A DNA stretch of 64,000 nt from Candidatus Hodarchaeota archaeon (GTDB taxonomy: Archaea; Asgardarchaeota; Heimdallarchaeia; Hodarchaeales; Hodarchaeaceae). The stretch is taken from the NCBI GenBank assembly GCA_029856365.1, contig JAHQWW010000002.1, positions 69,098 to 133,097 on the forward strand, given 5' to 3'. How positions within the stretch are numbered: position 1 is the first letter of the stretch; the number at the start of each line of letters is the position of its first letter. Made by a program: the position numbers and the translations under genes. Of the stretch, positions 10,279-20,225 are shown one piece after another. The notes beneath the pieces were generated by a model. The model searched no databases. It was not told where the DNA came from and worked only from the letters and a program-made list of their open reading frames with translations.

Positions 10279-11904
10279 GTGTATCTCTTAGATATAAAAG
10301 TGGTAAGTGTAAATATGGTAGATTTAACAGAGTTCCATATGAAAATCCGGCATGTTAAAGAAACTATACCCCAGATAATAGATTACAAGACTCTTCACAG
10401 AGCAGGTAAGGTATCAGTTAAAAAAGCAATGGATTTTCTTAATATCTCAAAAACTGACTCCATCACATTATCGACTGACGACGAAATTTTAATCTCATCA
10501 AAATCTGATGGAATACGACTTCCAATATTACCTAGATACAGGGTACAAATACCTGAATATGTGTTACAAAAACTTGGTATTTCTGGAAAAACAACAATCT
10601 GTTTTATTAAAAGATCTAATGCTGTTGCCATTAAAAGATTTGATATTAAGAAAATAGAATCAGAATATCCTCGCATCATTGATATTGAAACATCTTACGT
10701 TGTTACAAGACAGGTAGAAACATTTGGAGATCCAGTGAACATATATGAGAAATTAAAAACAGAAAAAGCACTCCTAAACATTAAAATCAATCCTAATGAT
10801 TATTGGAAAGAGAAATATACTTTCAATGGGTGGAAAGCAAGACAAATTTTGGATATTGAAAATGATAATGATAAAGTTCTACAATTAGAGTTAATACAAC
10901 AAAGATTAAGTTCACAATCTGAAAACGGATCATGGGAAAACAAACTACCTCTTACAGCTAAAGTTTTAATCGAGTTGAATGAATTGGGATTGACTAGCGA
11001 TCATCCTCAAGTAAAAAAAGCTATTTCTTGGTTATTGGAACAACCACAATCACCGCATAATCCTGGGATGTTTCTTTTATCAAAGGATTTAGTTCAAAAA
11101 CAAATCGAAATTGTAGATCAAAGATTAAAGCAGACCAGTGGTCAACGTCCAAGATTTCGTAATAGAGTTAAGGCTGAAATAAATCAAATCAATGAAGCCG
11201 ATGAGCTTTATTTTAATCCCTGTGGTTCAAGAATCATGTGGGTTAATGGGATGGTGATGGAAGCTTTATTACTTCATGGTTACGAGTCTCATAAGCGATT
11301 ACAGAGCGCACTAGACACACTTGCTTTTGGAGATTGGTGTGAATGTCATTATCAACATGGTAAAAGTGCATGGAAAAGAAAACAATCACTATCACTTCCT
11401 GAAATTGAAGATTATTATAACCAAACCTTGATTGAATTTAAACAGGGGGGAATAGCAGACATAAATTTACTAAGTTCCCTACCCTCTCAAACTTTTATGC
11501 TACGTTTGGAAGAAAAAATACTCGAAAAGCATACAGAATATTTGTTACGAATGCCTATGCCACAACAAGGTTGTGAATACATTACAGTTAATGCCTTGTC
11601 TCAAGTGACCAATGACCGTATAAACCGGTTAGTCGAAGCACATTTATGGCGGTTTGCTGCACTACTGTATAACGCCTTACAACAACCAATTATGTCTATC
11701 GAGGGAGCTAAATATAGTTTGACGATATATTTTCAGTTAAGGGTTTTAGCAAAATATGATTCATTAGCTGCGAAACTAGGTATATTATTTGCTTTACCAT
11801 GGATCATTAACAATCAAAATAGAGATGGAACTTGGGGAACAGAGAATTATCGAGAAAGTGCTACATTAGCAATAATAGAAGCGTTGAAAAGAATAGATTT
11901 CTAG
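10279..11904 (+). CDS. Hypothetical protein: AbrB-like N-terminus plus terpene-cyclase/prenyltransferase-like helical domain
   Basis: RVQIPEYVLQKLGI (AbrB-like), QW motifs QSENGSW and QNRDGTW, HPQVKKAISWLLEQ. Confidence 0.6.
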   Translation: MYLLDIKVVSVNMVDLTEFHMKIRHVKETIPQIIDYKTLHRAGKVSVKKAMDFLNISKTDSITLSTDDEILISSKSDGIRLPILPRYRVQIPEYVLQKLGISGKTTICFIKRSNAVAIKRFDIKKIESEYPRIIDIETSYVVTRQVETFGDPVNIYEKLKTEKALLNIKINPNDYWKEKYTFNGWKARQILDIENDNDKVLQLELIQQRLSSQSENGSWENKLPLTAKVLIELNELGLTSDHPQVKKAISWLLEQPQSPHNPGMFLLSKDLVQKQIEIVDQRLKQTSGQRPRFRNRVKAEINQINEADELYFNPCGSRIMWVNGMVMEALLLHGYESHKRLQSALDTLAFGDWCECHYQHGKSAWKRKQSLSLPEIEDYYNQTLIEFKQGGIADINLLSSLPSQTFMLRLEEKILEKHTEYLLRMPMPQQGCEYITVNALSQVTNDRINRLVEAHLWRFAALLYNALQQPIMSIEGAKYSLTIYFQLRVLAKYDSLAAKLGILFALPWIINNQNRDGTWGTENYRESATLAIIEALKRIDF

Positions 11905-11930
11905 ATCAAAAAAATAGAAGAAAATAAAGA

Positions 11931-11960
11931 AATTCTGTGGAAAACTCACTCTTCACGAGA
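11931..11960 (+). repeat. 30-bp dispersed repeat (second copy 25559-25588), IS-end-like
   Basis: aattctgtggaaaactcactcttcacgaga vs aattctgtgaaaaactctctcctcacgaga, 27/30. Confidence 0.7.
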
Positions 11961-12113
11961 GCTATAAGAAAATCCCACGTGAAAGGCAGAATAACGATGA
12001 TTTAATTAATTAAATTAATATTAATTCTGATTTTAACCTATTATATGGATAATAGAGCAGATAAGAAATTTCTTTTTCAGAATTTATGATAGTCGTTCAA
12101 TGTTAACTAAACG

Positions 12114-12176
12114 GTGTTTAGAGCCTGAACATTGATAGAAAAAACTGTTCAGGTTCTGTACACTCTTGTTTAGAGC
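12114..12176. repeat. 18-bp imperfect inverted repeat with a 10-bp direct repeat (mini-MITE-like scar)
   Basis: Arms 12114-12131 and 12146-12163 (15/18); tgtttagagc at 12115 and 12167. Confidence 0.6.
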
Positions 12177-12243
12177 ATAGTTTTATAAAGAGAGAGAATC
12201 TTTTATTATTCGCAATAAAATTCGTAAAAATAAGGTAATCAAA

Positions 12244-12768
12244 ATGAATATTGTATTGAATTCATTTTTAAAATCTATAGTTGCTATTGCTGTCGTGATA
12301 GCAGCTTCTATTGGATCAACATATATAATAGATCCTTTTGCGGTCTTTATACCTCAGCATCAGTTTGAATTTCAACTATCTGATGTCACAAACGATGTAA
12401 ATATTAGTTACATAGACATTATAGAATATGGTTCTTATAAGCAGGACAAGAAAGTTGTTTTATACATTGAAGTCGCTACCCAAATTAATCTCACCACAAC
12501 ATATCAGTTATTTATTGTTGCTAAAACCCCGAACAATGATGTTTCTCATATATATAATAATGAAGTGAATGGTGGTACTGAAAAGAATTATCAATCAGAA
12601 GTAGCTATCAATGGTAGTCGACTAGAAGTATCATTCTCAATGGATCGTTTTATCTCGAATTCTTATATGGTTGGTATTGAAGTTCGAGCATTAGCCTTTG
12701 CTTCTAAAGATACAACTCCTTCTGCGAGAGATAATCCCTTAAAAACGAGCTTTTTAGGATTATTTTAA
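12244..12768 (+). CDS. Hypothetical exported protein
   Basis: N-terminal TM followed by a beta-rich domain. Confidence 0.65.
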   Translation: MNIVLNSFLKSIVAIAVVIAASIGSTYIIDPFAVFIPQHQFEFQLSDVTNDVNISYIDIIEYGSYKQDKKVVLYIEVATQINLTTTYQLFIVAKTPNNDVSHIYNNEVNGGTEKNYQSEVAINGSRLEVSFSMDRFISNSYMVGIEVRALAFASKDTTPSARDNPLKTSFLGLF

Positions 12769-12800
12769 TGCATTTATTCCTACTACAGAGGTTTATGGAA

Positions 12801-13271
12801 ATGAAACAAATAGCAGAGAACGAAACGAAACTGGAGGAAATCTTTGCTAATAATCATATAACCTCCATTTTCTTATATCTTAAGACTGAAAATAAACCTT
12901 TAGGAGTCAGAGAAATTCAATGAAATCTTAATATAAGTAGTGTGGGTAGTACACATTGGCATTTACAAAAATTACTTGAAAATAATGCTATTGAACAAGT
13001 TGAAGGAAATAAATACCAGCTAACAGAAAAATATGAAAAAATTAGAAGTATCCCTTTAAGAGTTGTAATGAATCATTATTTAGTGGGAAATAAACTTGTC
13101 CCAAATGTATTTTTCTTAATGTTTTTTCTTATTAATGTCATTATTCTAGCTGTACTTATCATGATCCTTAATTTGTGGATTTTAGGGTTTTTCACGGTTT
13201 TCTCCAGCACTATAGTTAGTTTGATTGTAGTTTATCGCTTCTATCAACATATTTCAAAAGGTAATTTATGA
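12801..13271 (+). pseudogene. Membrane-tethered winged-helix regulator interrupted by TGA at 12921
   Basis: ATG 12801 is in frame with the 12942 ORF: PLGVREIQ*NLNISSVGSTHWHLQKL. The family motif GVREIQR implies CGA>TGA. Two C-terminal TMs. Confidence 0.75.
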
Positions 13272-13332
13272 ACAGTACCTTTCTAGCATAACTACTAGTT
13301 TCATGATTGACATAACTGGTACTAAAGTAAAT

Positions 13333-14235
13333 TCAGAAGTTTTTAGGGGCCATTTCTAACCATTTTTTTAATTCCTCTGGTTGATATTCCAATAATTTGG
13401 ATAAAAATCTATTAGTTTTTAGATGTGAGTCAGGAGAAATATTCAATTTCTCCAATGGAGTTTTAAACTTTTTTTTAATAATTTTATAGAAGTACCTTTC
13501 TTGGACGATCATTTGGTCTCTAATACTTACCATAATTTGGTTACTTATCTTATGGGCTGTCGAATAAAAAGATGGATCTGAATCACTCCATCCTCCTTTC
13601 CGATAGTATCTAGTGAAAAAAAGAGGTTTACAAAAGGAGATTGAAATAAATGATTTGAATTTTGGGACAATTTTCCCTTGATTAAGTGCTTCATGAGAGC
13701 CATGAATGTACATTGGCACCACAGGAATCTTCCCATTGAATCTTAATATTAGTCGTCCGACTCCCGATTTTGCCTGCCGAGTCAGATGATGATAATCATA
13801 TAATGGGTTACTAGGAATTCTTTTACCTTGTGGGGCGATGAGGACAGCAAAATTTTCTTTTAGTAGCCTTACGGCATAATCGAGAGCAGGTTCTGGATTT
13901 TGTGGATAGACTGGAAAAGCTCCAAGATATTTAAGTAAACCAAAGAATTTTTGTTCCATTGCTTTTCCACTTGCCATTAAACCACATGAAGTTCGATTTC
14001 CAAAGGGATAAACTAATGCACTTGCAAAAATAAAGGTATCTAAATGGGATCTGTGATTGAAGCAATAGAGAACTGCGGTTCCTTCAGGAAATCTATTCGA
14101 ATTTTCAATGCCATTGATTTCAAATCGAAAATATAGTCGCATAAATCGTGGCAGGATTAACTTAACAAATTGATAGAATGACTTGTGTAGAAGTGACCAC
14201 GATTGTGGGGTAGTTTTTGGAGGAAAAAGAACCAT
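13333..14235 (-). CDS. plsC: Lysophospholipid/1-acyl-glycerol-3-phosphate acyltransferase family protein
   Basis: NHRSHLD catalytic motif, APQGKR (PEGxR variant), PVVPMYIHG. Confidence 0.85.
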   Translation of the reverse strand: MVLFPPKTTPQSWSLLHKSFYQFVKLILPRFMRLYFRFEINGIENSNRFPEGTAVLYCFNHRSHLDTFIFASALVYPFGNRTSCGLMASGKAMEQKFFGLLKYLGAFPVYPQNPEPALDYAVRLLKENFAVLIAPQGKRIPSNPLYDYHHLTRQAKSGVGRLILRFNGKIPVVPMYIHGSHEALNQGKIVPKFKSFISISFCKPLFFTRYYRKGGWSDSDPSFYSTAHKISNQIMVSIRDQMIVQERYFYKIIKKKFKTPLEKLNISPDSHLKTNRFLSKLLEYQPEELKKWLEMAPKNF

Positions 14236-14609
14236 AATTAGACCCTTATTTAATAAAAGCAGTTTCTAAGATGACGATTATGCTAACGAGATTGCAATTT
14301 CAAAAAGCTACTGAAATGAAAGACCAATTCACTTATAATAATTCATTCACCATGTTTCTGCTTTGGAGCTAAAAACACACTTAAATTAGTCTATAATTCG
14401 AGTTAATATATCAGCCTTATGTTTAACGAATATACCTGTAAAAAGAATATATTTTGTCAATTTTCACTGATTTTTTATAAAATAGGTATAAAAACATTGG
14501 AAAATTCCAGTAATAAAATTAAATATCAAAAAGAAATTTAATTTCACAATTAATATAAATAAAAGACTTTCAAATTGGAGTTAGGTAGATATTTGAGAAG
14601 AGGATATAA

Positions 14610-15158
14610 TTGAATACTATCGAAAAGGAACAGAAAAAAGATTCCAACATACTCGAAATTTTTAATGTTATAATAATGAGTTCTGGTTATATTGGTTTGT
14701 TTTTTTCGGGTTTTATTTCACAAAATCAATCTTATTATCTACTTGTTGGGATTATGGGGTGGACTATTTGGATATTTGGTTTAATACTTGCTTTCTCTCC
14801 AAATATTGTTTTTAAAAGGCGAGGAGGGGTTGCGAAGGGAAAATCATACATTTATACAACAAAATTAGTGAATGATGGGATTTATGGGCTAATACGACAT
14901 CCTCAATATACTGGTGGTATGGTGATCGTTTTTTCTATGTGTTTAATTGTTCAGACACCATTAACATACATTTTAGCGATAATTGCTATGGTAACTACAT
15001 ATTTAGCAATAGTTTTTGAAGAAAAGCGTTTAATGATAAAATTTGGCTCTCAATATGAGAACTATAAAAATGAAGTTCCACGAGTAAACCTTCTAATAGG
15101 TTTAATACGAAAACTGAGAAAAAGAACCGAAAATGAAACATGTCTTTCGAATGATTAA
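14610..15158 (+). CDS. Isoprenylcysteine carboxyl methyltransferase/PEMT family membrane protein
   Basis: LVNDGIYGLIRHPQYTG, EEKRL..KFG..YENYKNEVPR. Confidence 0.9.
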   Translation: MNTIEKEQKKDSNILEIFNVIIMSSGYIGLFFSGFISQNQSYYLLVGIMGWTIWIFGLILAFSPNIVFKRRGGVAKGKSYIYTTKLVNDGIYGLIRHPQYTGGMVIVFSMCLIVQTPLTYILAIIAMVTTYLAIVFEEKRLMIKFGSQYENYKNEVPRVNLLIGLIRKLRKRTENETCLSND

Positions 15159-15311
15159 AGAGAATAAAAAGGTGATAAGGCATTGAGGGAACACTTTACA
15201 TCCAAAATCAGATCTTCCAAGATGACTCTTTCTAATTTTTCTCATCCTCCGTAGAATAATGATTGTTAAGATATATTCATACTATTTTTAATTAATCTGA
15301 TTAGTTATTTA

Positions 15312-17144
15312 GTGTTAGATTGTACAAATATTAATTACATAATTCTAGTTACCTTAATATGGGGGCACCTTTGGAAATATCTATTTAGTAAAAGAAAAAG
15401 GGATGTTAGTTTGTTGTTAAAAGAGATATGGCAAACGTCTTATTTACGCCCGATTTTGATTTATCTAATCATTTCTATTAGTACAATTACTATTGAGCTA
15501 ATATTCGTGGGTGAAATCTTTTGGGGATTTTGGATATCTTGGTTAGGGTCATTTTTCGTTGCACGCTACGTATTAAAAGCCTTAGATGAACTATTCAATC
15601 AATTCCACATTACTAATAAAGTCAGGAATCTAATAAATCCATGGATCTTTGCGATTGTTGCATTCATATATTTCAGTATGATTACTTTTACTGGATATTT
15701 TACTAGAACTGAAAGATCCGCTAATATTATCAGTTACGTTCTTCTTATGATTTTTATTTTTTTAATAATTGCTTCTATTACTCCAGCAATCCGAATATTT
15801 GCAGTAGCATTTCACCGACGGAAGACTGATATTTTTCCCATTAATCGAGTCGAATATGCTGCTATGCGATGTTTAAAAACTGGTGATTACAGCTTTTTGA
15901 AGCTAAAGAAAAGACTGAGAAATGTTTTCAATATCTTTATTCCAAACTTATATTTCGACGAAAAGACATCAAAATCTGCGATTTATCATTTATGTGGGCT
16001 TCGATATGCTGACATTAAGGATAATACTGTTTCCTTAAATCAAGACGGAAAAGAACAGCTTTTAATTTGGGAAGAGACATTACAAAAGCAAGATGAAGGT
16101 TTTAAAAGGATATTAAATAGTCAAAGTGTATTAATTAGATCTTTCATATTTTTATTAGCTCTGAGCCTTCTAAAGATCTTTATTGGCTTTTTTAATTCAG
16201 AATCATTATTAGCTGATGGTTGTGAGAATTTCCTCGATGTGCTAGCTGTTGTTTTAATTGCTTTAGGTATCAAATACGAGAAAGAAAAAATTGCTAATAT
16301 CATTATTGCTGGACTAATGTCTTTTACAGCGATAACACTCTTTTATGATTCATTTTTATTGTTATTTCACCCAGAACCTATTTCTAATTCAATTATTATT
16401 ATTAGTATTTCTATCATATCGATTTTTTTGAATACATATCTTAGAACTTTAAAGAATTTTGTAGGTAAAAAGAATCGTAACTCCTCTCTTGTTGCTAGTG
16501 CTATTGATAGTAAAATTAACATCTACATTTCTCTAGGTGTAATAATAGGAGCCTTCTGCTCTGAATTAGGAACATCCTTTAATATTCCTGAACTCTATTA
16601 CTTAGACGTTATAATAGCAATTTTTGTTTCGTTCTTCATCGCAAAGGAGGTTTTCGAGATTATTACAGAGTTCATCACAGAAGCAGAAGAAGAGATAGAT
16701 TTCGAGAGTTTTCAAATGAAATATGAACAGTCATTTGAGGAATACATTACTAAATGGATAATGTCAGTCATTTACAAGGGTGAAGACGGTGAATTTTCAC
16801 CTGAGCGATTAAATCAGCACTTTCTAGGTTCTTTGATTAAAGGTGAGGAAATATATTCGGACTTTACTCACTTTGGGTTATACATTTTTCAGGAGAAAGG
16901 GATAGTCTTTGTAATCAATAAATTACTTGATCAGAAGATATTAAATTTATCAAAAGAAAAAACATTGGCAATTACCGAGAAAGGTAAGTATCTGTATGAA
17001 GAATTTTATTCTAGACAACTTTTAGAGGACATAGTAGATCCTTTTGATTTTTTCTTTGAATATGAGTACGATATACGCAATTTATTCAGAAGAAAGAGAG
17101 AGCTTTTGAAGAAATTTGAAACACAGACCCCTGTGACGTCATAG
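15312..17144 (+). CDS. Cation diffusion facilitator-like protein with extra N-terminal TMs and flanking winged-helix-like segments
   Basis: SESLLADG..N..D, SLVASAIDS..N, YYLDVIIAIFVS; true start may be a later TTG. Confidence 0.7.
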   Translation: MLDCTNINYIILVTLIWGHLWKYLFSKRKRDVSLLLKEIWQTSYLRPILIYLIISISTITIELIFVGEIFWGFWISWLGSFFVARYVLKALDELFNQFHITNKVRNLINPWIFAIVAFIYFSMITFTGYFTRTERSANIISYVLLMIFIFLIIASITPAIRIFAVAFHRRKTDIFPINRVEYAAMRCLKTGDYSFLKLKKRLRNVFNIFIPNLYFDEKTSKSAIYHLCGLRYADIKDNTVSLNQDGKEQLLIWEETLQKQDEGFKRILNSQSVLIRSFIFLLALSLLKIFIGFFNSESLLADGCENFLDVLAVVLIALGIKYEKEKIANIIIAGLMSFTAITLFYDSFLLLFHPEPISNSIIIISISIISIFLNTYLRTLKNFVGKKNRNSSLVASAIDSKINIYISLGVIIGAFCSELGTSFNIPELYYLDVIIAIFVSFFIAKEVFEIITEFITEAEEEIDFESFQMKYEQSFEEYITKWIMSVIYKGEDGEFSPERLNQHFLGSLIKGEEIYSDFTHFGLYIFQEKGIVFVINKLLDQKILNLSKEKTLAITEKGKYLYEEFYSRQLLEDIVDPFDFFFEYEYDIRNLFRRKRELLKKFETQTPVTS

Positions 17145-17263
17145 TTCAATTATTAGAGCAAGAGAAGTATCAATTAGTCATATAAACGATTATCAGAGAA
17201 TGAATTGAATCCTTTTTAATAATGGAAGAGTAATAATCAACAATACATGTTCTGAAAATAAAG

Positions 17264-18247
17264 GTGATTACAACCATGAAAGCTATAGTATGTGAAAAAT
17301 TCGGGTCAGCTGATGTTCTTGAACTGAAAGAAATAGAAAAACCTCTACCTAAAGACAATGAAGTCCTCATAAGAAACCATGCTTCTGCAATGCAAGCATT
17401 AGATATAACATTTAGAAGTGGTAGGAAGGTATTATCGGGATTGGATAGAATATTTATGAGTGGAATCAGAAAACCACGAGTGAAAGTTGTTGGCCTGGAT
17501 TATTCTGGTGAAGTTGTAACTGTAGGGAAGAATGTATCACAATTCAAGGAAGGAGATCAAGTTTATGGACTTTCCAAGAAAGGAGGCGCGTGTGCTGAAT
17601 ATCTGAGTGTTCCATCCACTTCGGAGTTGGCCATAAAACCTACTAATATGAGCTTTCAAGAAGCAGCAGCAGTTGTCGGAGGTGCAATTCCTGCATTAGC
17701 AGCTCTTAAAGATTTAGCTAAAATTCAACCAGGTCATAATGTCCTTATCAACGGAGCTTCGGGAGGAATAGGTACCTTTGCTGTACAAATCGCTAAAAAT
17801 GTATATAATACTGAAGTTACTGGTGTATGCGGCACAAATAATTTAAGTATGGTTAAGGACATTGGTGCAGATTTTGTAATAGATTATACAAAAGAAGATT
17901 TTACAAAAAACGGTCAAATTTATGATGTTATATTCGATGCTGTTGGGAAAAATACATTTTCAAATTGTAAAAATTCATTGACTAAGAATGGAATTTACGT
18001 AACTGTTGATTTCTATAATCCTAAAATGCATCTGTTACAGCTAATTACTAGTAAATTTACCAGTAAAAAAATAAAATCAGGGATGTTGGGGAATTTTGAT
18101 GATCTTAATTTACTTCGAGATTTGATTGAAGAAGGCAAGATCAGATCGGTCATTGATAAAGTGTATCCTTTACACCAAACTGCAGACGCTCATCGGCATT
18201 ATGAGACAGGTCACGCCAAAGGTAGAATTGTCATCACTATCGATTGA
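17264..18247 (+). CDS. Zinc-independent MDR oxidoreductase (quinone reductase-like)
   Basis: VLINGASGGIGTFAVQIAK, VIDKVYPL...AHRHYETGHAKGRIV. Confidence 0.92.
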   Translation: MITTMKAIVCEKFGSADVLELKEIEKPLPKDNEVLIRNHASAMQALDITFRSGRKVLSGLDRIFMSGIRKPRVKVVGLDYSGEVVTVGKNVSQFKEGDQVYGLSKKGGACAEYLSVPSTSELAIKPTNMSFQEAAAVVGGAIPALAALKDLAKIQPGHNVLINGASGGIGTFAVQIAKNVYNTEVTGVCGTNNLSMVKDIGADFVIDYTKEDFTKNGQIYDVIFDAVGKNTFSNCKNSLTKNGIYVTVDFYNPKMHLLQLITSKFTSKKIKSGMLGNFDDLNLLRDLIEEGKIRSVIDKVYPLHQTADAHRHYETGHAKGRIVITID

Positions 18248-18486
18248 ACGAATAAGGAGACAGTCTAAGTTTAAAACATTTACACTGCTACAGTTAATCA
18301 ACCCAACAATAAATCCCAAAAAGAGAAGATCATGAACATTGGGAATCCAGCCCTTAAAAAGGTATTCTAGGGGCTTTTGACGTGTGGCTACAATGAATTT
18401 TAATGAGAAGGGTTTATTTGAAAAATAACGGAATTTTAATAGAATTATTTATACAAAAGAATTGTGGTCATAAATGGATATGTAAT

Positions 18487-18545
18487 CAACGTTTAACCCA
18501 TGAAAAGCTGTACATCTGCTTTATATACTCTTGATGTCATTTAAC
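18487..18545 (+). repeat. 59-bp dispersed intergenic element; full copy at 33359-33417, half copies at 20101, 25525, 26125, 26844, 33422, 51558, 54494
   Basis: Gap-free alignment of caacgtttaacccatgaaaagctgtacatctgctttatatactcttgatgtcatttaac with caacgttaattcaacgaaaatctttatgttttctttatatagtctggatgtcgtttaac. Confidence 0.75.
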
Positions 18546-18859
18546 CTTTGGTTTACGACTAAAAAGCAACAAGACTTATGATAACAATGATGAGTATCAA
18601 ATCTTGAATATATTTCTGATTCATTTTATATAGTCTTGATGCTATTCAATTATTTTGTAAATTTCCTTATGGATAAGTCCTATCGAATCTTAAACAAGAA
18701 TAGGAATGATTTTTCTCCATTATAACTATACAATTCATAAATAATAATTTCTCTCTGTATCAGCAATAATCGTTCCTCCATTTTACTAAAATTTCCCCTA
18801 CCTTTCTTCTAAACTAAGGATTTTCTTAACAGGAAGGATGTCTTCTTGTAAGGCTTAAA

Positions 18860-19153
18860 TTAAAAATACGGTAATATTCCCCATTCATGGAGTACTAAAT
18901 TCGAATCAGAGGAATATGACGGAGGATTTTGAAGATTTAAACCTTCTATAGAAGGATGACATATGAAAAAGAGCCTTAATTGTTCATATGAATATTTGGT
19001 TGTTAAAATAAAGTGTTGATCTATCCAAATAGGATCAATCATTCTCAAAACATATTTTCCATCTTTTTGTAGAAGTTTACTATCATCATTAAACCACCAT
19101 TCAACAAAATCTTCAGCCTCATTCTGATATAATCCAATTGATAGTACATTCAT
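18860..19153 (-). pseudogene. Probable 3' fragment of an uncharacterised protein
   Basis: GLYQNEAEDFV and LHEWG motifs; the frame is closed just upstream. Confidence 0.35.
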
Positions 19154-19241
19154 TAAAATTCGATTTTTTTAACAAAATATAAAAAAGCTTACATTATATA
19201 TCATTACTAACAAATGTTAATCATTTCGAGGTGACCTCAAC

Positions 19242-19631
19242 GTGCCAAATGTATTGATAAGAGATGTGGATACAGATACTTATACTAATTTTAAGGCGAA
19301 AGCAGCTCAAGAAGGACTCAAATTAGGCGAAGCGATTACAAAAGCAATGCAAGTGTGGATGGAAAGCAAAAAAACCTTGACAAAAAAAGATAAACAACGT
19401 CAAATGAATCTGCTCACTTATAGAAAACTAAAAACAACTTTACACAAGGAATACTTTGGGAAGTGGATTCTGATTGGTCAAGGTGAATTTCTAACCTCTG
19501 GTGATACTTTAGATCCAATAATTTCGAAGATAAAAGACTTGAAACTTGAAGGAGAGCACTGTTTTGTATTTCAAGTCGGTAAAGAAGTGCAAAAAAGAAC
19601 CTTTGGATTTGGAAGGAGAGTACAGAGATGA
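19242..19631 (+). CDS. Ribbon-helix-helix protein fused to a DUF5678-like domain
   Basis: IRDVDTDTYTNFKAKAAQEGLKLGEAI (RHH) and YFGKWILIGQGEFLTSGDT; GAGGTGA SD. Confidence 0.7.
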   Translation: MPNVLIRDVDTDTYTNFKAKAAQEGLKLGEAITKAMQVWMESKKTLTKKDKQRQMNLLTYRKLKTTLHKEYFGKWILIGQGEFLTSGDTLDPIISKIKDLKLEGEHCFVFQVGKEVQKRTFGFGRRVQR

Positions 19632-20056
19632 ATGTAGAATATAGTTATGAAAAAACAGGATATAGTAATATTTTAGCGCCTAAAATTCCAGAGTTAACAA
19701 TCAAGAACCTTCTTGGGTCAAAACAGAAGAGTTTAAATGTACTATTAGATACAGGATATGATGGTTTTCTTGTGATTCCAGAGGAAATTTATGAGGATCT
19801 AGAATTACATACATTTGAGGTTATGGAAGATGAAATTCCCATAGTTGAAACTTTTTCAGGAGAAAAATTCATTTTAAGAACTGCTAATACTTTAATCGAA
19901 GTTGAAGAATTGTTAGATGAAACAATTATAGAAGTAGATACAACACCTTACTGTAAAGAGCCATTAATTGGAAGACAGCTATTGGAACTCTTTATCGCGG
20001 TATTAGATGGACGAGAAAAAATACTCAAACTTGAATACCCAGAAAATGACGTCTAA
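19628..20056 (+). CDS. Clan AA (retropepsin-like) aspartic protease
   Basis: LLDTGYDG and PLIGRQLL; ATGA overlap with the upstream gene. Confidence 0.85.
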   Translation: MNVEYSYEKTGYSNILAPKIPELTIKNLLGSKQKSLNVLLDTGYDGFLVIPEEIYEDLELHTFEVMEDEIPIVETFSGEKFILRTANTLIEVEELLDETIIEVDTTPYCKEPLIGRQLLELFIAVLDGREKILKLEYPENDV

Positions 20057-20225
20057 TTTTTGAAAAAAGGGTCAAATAACTCTAGAAATTCCTTTCCTTC
20101 CAATGTTAAATGACATCATACGTATTAGTTTCATAGGAATAAAAAAAGAATAAGTTTTACAGTCCGATGTTTCGAATAAATGGAAAGTTCAATAATTAAA
20201 GCTTGAGGAAGTAGGTGATGAATGA

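Noticed and set aside
9344-15158. Proto-prenylation pathway (Rab + prenyltransferase fold + ICMT-family protein)
   Set aside because: The GTPase has no C-terminal Cys, the genes are not co-operonic, and ICMT/PEMT-family proteins are widespread.
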